Assembly: GCA_964187785.1 (NCBI GenBank)
Contig: OZ076409.1
Span: 49,602,001 to 49,666,000, forward strand
DNA: 64,000 nucleotides
Source of the DNA: Amphiscolops sp. MND2022
Lineage: Eukaryota
Direction: 5' to 3'
In this document: positions 58,316 through 64,000 of the stretch, piece after piece
Layout: each line of letters starts with the position of its first letter
How positions within the stretch are numbered: the stretch's first letter is position 1
Notes under the pieces: model-generated
Databases searched by the model: none
What the model was told of the DNA's origin: nothing
The model's input: only the letters and a program-made list of their open reading frames with translations
Made by a program: the position numbers and the translations under genes

Positions 58316-59105
58316 TATAGTATAGTATAGTATAGTATAGTATAGTATAGTATAGTATAGTATAGTATAGTATAGTATAGTATAGTATAGTATAGTATAG
58401 TATAGTATAGTATAGTATAGTATAGTATAGTATAGTATAGTATAGTATAGTATAGTATAGTATAGTATAGTATAGTATAGTATAGTATAGTATAGTATAG
58501 TATAGTATAGTATAGTATAGTATAGTATAGTATAGTATAGTATAGTATAGTATAGTATAGTATAGTATAGTATAGTATAGTATAGTATAGTATAGTATAG
58601 TATAGTATAGTATAGTATAGTATAGTATAGTATAGTATAGTATAGTATAGTATAGTATAGTATAGTATAGTATAGTATAGTATAGTATAGTATAGTATAG
58701 TATAGTATAGTATAGTATAGTATAGTATAGTATAGTATAGTATAGTATAGTATAGTATAGTATAGTATAGTATAGTATAGTATAGTATAGTATAGTATAG
58801 TATAGTATAGTATAGTATAGTATAGTATAGTATAGTATAGTATAGTATAGTATAGTATAGTATAGTATAGTATAGTATAGTATAGTATAGTATAGTATAG
58901 TATAGTATAGTATAGTATAGTATAGTATAGTATAGTATAGTATAGTATAGTATAGTATAGTATAGTATAGTATAGTATAGTATAGTATAGTATAGTATAG
59001 TATAGTATAGTATAGTGTAGTATAGTGTAGTATAGTATAGTATAGTATAGTATAGTATAGTATAGTATAGTATAGTATAGTATAGTATAGTATAGTATAG
59101 TATAG
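58316..59105 (+). repeat. (TATAG)n pentanucleotide array, ~158 units
   Basis: Directly visible; two TGTAG variants near 59016-59030. Confidence 0.99.
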
Positions 59106-59574
59106 TAACACATAAACGGTTTTTCCCAACTGCAAAATCCCAAAAAAGACTTTTTGAAGTGTTTGTGGACAATTTCAGAACAAAATCGGACTGTGGCATC
59201 CCTTTTGGTCTCATAGTTGTGCAGATCAAGTGTAATTATCAAATTTTTAAAAGAAGAAACACTTCAGATTAATTGGGTACAATCGGTGCTAAGTGTTTCA
59301 ACTGTGTGTCAACCGTTTTGGCTATTTCGGATTGAAAAAAAAACGAAAAGTTGCATTACTAAAGCTGCTTTTTATCCGTCGCTTTTTAGTAGAAAATGAA
59401 CCCGACTACTACAGTGGCTTTTTTCCTTTTTTTTTTCGTCAGATAACAGAATGTATGCATAGTGAAACATTACTTGTGACCTTGTTGAGTATCTTTGTAC
59501 CCGAATTTCTCAATGTTTGATTGAAGTATACATAGTTGTTAATTTGTTCCCCCTTTGCTCCTTTGTTATAAAAT

Positions 59575-59740
59575 ACAATATTGACCATTTCCCAAAGTGG
59601 AATTTACATAGTATGAAAATAATAAGGCAATGATCATTCCACACTCTCCTGTCTATGATAGAGAGGAGAGTGTGGTATGACCATTGCCTTATTATCTTCA
59701 TACTATGTAAATTCCACTGTGAGGAAATGGTCAATTTTGT
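59575..59740. repeat. ~165-bp imperfect palindrome with 1-nt centre (foldback MITE-like)
   Basis: ATTGACCATTTCC...CTCTCCTGTCTAT-G-ATAGAGAGGAGAG...GGAAATGGTCAAT. Confidence 0.88.
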
Positions 59741-61199
59741 TTTTCCTAACAACCTCCCAAAATAAGCAACATTATCAAGATTCGTCACAAAATACAGTTT
59801 TCACACATTCCGTCTCTTCTCAAGGAATTGCTAGTTTGAGTTGCAAGACTATAACAGGGCATTTTTTGTTACAAAAACTACTAAAACTACTAAAACTATT
59901 AAACTAATGGACCGCCCAAGTCCGGCTAGCAGAAACGCATTCAAGTTAGTAAAAAGGTTCCCCCTTTCATTCCTTTCCTTTTTAAACGTAAAACACAAAA
60001 CCGAAATACTACAGAATCCCTTTTCGATTTTTTTTCGGCACTGAGACTTTTTTCCCGAAATTTTTTATGTCTCGAAAGTGTCCTTTCTATTTTTGTAATG
60101 TGCTGCTTTAAAGAGTTGTATATTTTGTTAGTGGTCTTGTATCTAGATGGTACAGGTCTAAGTATTAAGACACGACTACTTAGATTGATGCTAGCTAGCT
60201 GATTCTAATAAAGCTTGGAGGTCTGAAAGAAGGAAGAAAGGAAGTCGACTAAATACTGAATAATAGTTTTCTCTCTCTGAAGGAGTAGAGTTTTACAGTC
60301 ATTCAATTTTAAATAAATGTACATTCTAGAACATTCTATAAACATCTAAATAGTATTGGTTATTAATGTAGGTCAGTACATCCATCCCGGTTTTTAAATA
60401 AAATAAAAATATTACATCACATGACTAAAACAAGTTTGGAAAAAATTTTTGTTTAAATGTTTTTAGCGTTTCAGCTAGTTCAAATTTTTATTTTGATGGA
60501 TGATTGGCTTAAGTCTCTTTTAGATTGGTGCAAGTTCGACTCAATGGTAGACCTCGAGTTGTCTGTCAAAAAATGTGACAACTTTATTAGACCTCATATG
60601 TGCGACTATAGTTCAAAGGCATCAAAGTGGTCTGTTTCACTATGCTTTCGGGCCTAGTTTTTGAACTGGTAGCAGCTCGATTCTATGCCTTTGTTAAAGT
60701 TCTGAAGTAACTTCGCATTTAACAAATCGTGATCAAAACATCATATGAGTTAAAGGTCAAAGAGTCATTGAGAAATTTTTGTTGACAAATTTTATCGCTT
60801 GAAGTATGAAAACTGTCTGGAAAGATTTCGGGTTGTTTTCAACTTTGGCGGGTTTGTTATGGAAGAAGTGTGGAAAACTTTGAGAAAGTGGGCTTCTCAT
60901 TATTCGAATTGAAATTGAACAATTTGCTTGATCAATATTTGAGGTAATTTTGTTTAAATTTTGAAAAGAGTTTGTTAACATATGATTGAATTCTTTTTGG
61001 GATCGAAAAGCACCGAAGAATAATAGAGAAATATTCTTGGAAAATGGGCAGATAAATATCGGTTTGGGCAAATAAATTTTACAAATGGGGCAAATAAATA
61101 CGGGGGGGGGGTGTTTTTATACTTCACAAATGAATAATAAAAAATTTTATGGAATTATATTTTGAAGAAAAGTTTATAAAGTTTATTCAAGTACAATGT

Positions 61200-63750
61200 T
61201 TTTTGTCATGCTTCTTGTTTCAAATTGTATTATTATTCGTATTATTTTCTCATGGGTCTTCTTGACTTCTGAATTCGCTGGATCGATGGTGGGACCAGTT
61301 TGAGAGAGGGTGAAGTCGGCAATTTGGGGTCTTCAGTGCGGAATGATGTTGGATTTTTGTTGCAATGGGATTCTGCTGCAATCTCCTCGGTGTTGATGGG
61401 CGATCAATGGGTCCAGACGGTTGATGGTGGGTTGTATGCGTGTGCTGTGTCCTTTGTGATCTTCGGGTGAACTATAAACTCAGAATGCGATGTAAGTATA
61501 TGTTTTGTATGGAGCATTTTGGTCGAGTATCTCTTCAGGAGGGTCTTTTTGAAGTTCATCATTGGTAGAATCATTGTCATCCGATGGCCAGTAGGATACT
61601 AATTTTTCTTTTTCTAATAGAGTACGTGTTCTAGTAGATAGATGATGGGAAAGAATTTTGGTCGGATAGTAGTATAATCCGTTTGAATTGTAGCATCACA
61701 TTTGTGAATGAAGGTATCGGGATGATTATGCAATATAAAGTATTGCTGAAAGTTTATTTTGTTTATTCGGAATATTTGGAACATTTTTGTTAGTTGTGGA
61801 TCTGCCTTTTTCTCTTGTGTAATCTGTGTATATAACGTTGATATATGTTTTTTTTCAGATTGAGAGATCGAAGGCGAGTTGAAGCAATCGGGAATTCAAC
61901 AGAAGTATTTGAAGAAGTCATTGTGATAGAAGAGTTGAAATGTATATTTTTTGGAAATTTCTCGATGTGGAAAGGCGTTGAGGTTGCAATTGGAAAGAAG
62001 AGGAAGGGGTGAAGAAAGAAGTTTGGAGATATTCACCTGAAATAGATTAGTTTGTTTACATTTAAATTTCTTTTTAAGTTAGATTTTTATTGTTGACATT
62101 TTTTTGATGTACTTTATTGTGTTATATCTTTTTAATTTTAGGATTCAAGTTAATGTGTTTTGGAAATCTTTTGAAGAGTTTTTAAATATCTTTCATTTGA
62201 GGTCTTATTTGTTAAAATTGGGTAATTAAAAGGAGGAGCATTTGAAGAATTTTGTTAAAAATTTTTATGTTCATAGTAAAAATTTTTGTATTATTCTAAA
62301 TTAAAGGTGTATTTTATTGGTTAGAATAGACTATAATTGTGCTCAGCAAGCATAATTAAGTAAGTACAAGTTGATTTGACAGGTTACAGGTTATTAAAGA
62401 ATTGAGAGTCAAGTGTGAAAATTATTAAAGCTATTATCCATAATAACCAGTTAAGATTGTTGGAGTTTTTTAAAGGTGTAGTTGATTTCATCAAAGGATG
62501 TGCGTATGCACGAAGCTGATTGGCTAACTCTCGTCGTATCCAATGCTATATTTTGCAATAGGTCTCGGGCTTGTTCGAGTGTATTAACTATATCAGAAAT
62601 AGTAATAAGTATAACCTTTTTGGGGTTATGATATGGTTTTAAAATGTCCAATAATTGTTTATAGTTTTGTATTTTTTCGGTAGGAGGAAAACTTTCTGGT
62701 TGAGGAATGTCATATGTTGGTTTCTTTAAAGGTTCTTGATTTGTTCTTTTATGTTCTTTCATATTTCCTTTTGTAAGGATTGAAATGAGATGAGAAATAA
62801 TGAATCATAATTCATTATTGGAATATCCCTTTTTTGCGATAGCGTAACAATAAGATTTTTTCACAGTCTCCAAGAGGTTGGGAGGCAATGGGTTGAATTG
62901 GAGGAATTTTGAGGAAGAGGGTCTGATATACCTTTGTGTATATCTTCTTGTAATAGCGAATCATCATTCAAAATGAGATATTCTTGTGGTACTATAATTG
63001 GTCTTTTTGGATTATCATTTAGAAGGAAAAGAAAACTTTGTTTCAATGGGTCGTAATTCCTTGTTTTTTTTTAGTGTGATCTATTAGGTAGTCTCAGTTT
63101 AAAGTGAAAGGCGATGTATACTTCGAATTGAAGAAAATATAATTTTCAGGTTCTTTGTATTTGAGAAATTTTTGGTACGTAATTTGATGAGATTTCTTTA
63201 TCTGGTATGGCAAAAAATTAGCATCATTCTCTTCAGTTCTGATATCATACGGAAATAGTCTGAGGAAATTATATTGAAGAGAGAAATTTTTCACTTTGTT
63301 ATTTAACCACCAATCATATGGGGTAATTAATTTTGAAGCAATTGAAGTATGATAATCGTTTTTAAATTCTCTGATGATAAATTTGCATTTTGTTGGAATC
63401 ATATATTAGGAAGGTAAATGAAATTGGAATGTGAATTATTTTAAAGATAAAATGGGAATTAAATCACAATCTCGATCTTCATCTTGTTTTGATGGTTTTG
63501 TGAAAGGAGGACAAGCGCCAGATTCCATAAAAGGTTTATCGGCGATTATATCTGGGTATTTTCGTTTTTGAGATTTTGCGTTTATATGATCAATTTGTTC
63601 AACTGGAATGGTTTCCATGGGTTCTTGAATTTGTGAAGATGAATTATCATTTTCGTTAACATTTTGTTGAATGGTTATATTCAAAGGGGATGCAAGCAAT
63701 TCAGAGGGACTAAAGTTAACTACATCAATTTCAGGCAAGGATTCCATTAT
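61200..63750 (-). pseudogene. Series of decayed AT-rich ORF fragments, unassigned (probably the accessory region of a large TE)
   Basis: Four same-strand ORF pieces (62451-62762, 62861-63046, 63094-63402, 63436-63747) with strong strand compositional bias; no recognisable motif. Confidence 0.3.
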
Positions 63751-64000
63751 TTTAACTTGCGTGATTTTGTAGCGCTAAAATAATAATTTTACTTAACGTA
63801 TGAAGTTTGAACACATAAAATAGTTAGTGTTTAAAGTTTAATTTATTCATTCGTTCAAATTTTTGTTTGTAAAAACAGAGTTAAAATACTTACAGTTTTG
63901 CAATACTTGTTGATCAGTTGTGAGTTCAAAACATCAACAATCACAGTGGCATCTATTCCAGGAATAGAGACTTCTGTAATTTTGCGGTTTAGAGGGAGCC

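Noticed and set aside
58177..59242. Three 294-350 aa YYTIL ORFs
   Set aside because: Artefacts of the (TATAG)n microsatellite.

Overview
AT-rich, intron-containing, repeat-dominated eukaryotic DNA that looks like an invertebrate animal. The repeats remind me of acoel flatworm genomes, but I cannot verify this. One intact host gene is clear: a 3-exon aldo-keto reductase on the minus strand (29588-32239) resembling the plant/fungal/bacterial AKR13 type. Two tiny RING-finger genes (11799-12408, spliced via a GC-AG intron; 14556-14765) are plausible. Mobile DNA includes a full-length but mutated Mag-type Ty3/gypsy element (32721-38141). There are also two pieces of a second gypsy family with ~2.3-kb LTRs whose gag starts inside the LTR (20950-26140 on +; 44400-53653 on -, with nested DNA-transposon insertions), decayed LINEs, many MITEs, three long palindromes and a 790-bp (TATAG)n array. 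The most interesting signals lie in the first 21 kb, a patchwork of recurring modules. It holds three copies of a sequence that folds by eye into a canonical HDV/CPEB3-like self-cleaving ribozyme, each followed by a conserved hairpin. It also holds three copies of a 140-170 nt element with a 5S-rRNA-like core, a terminal stem, a T4 terminator and (in two copies) an upstream TATA, a candidate Pol III RNA gene. All structure and homology calls were made by eye; none was computed.
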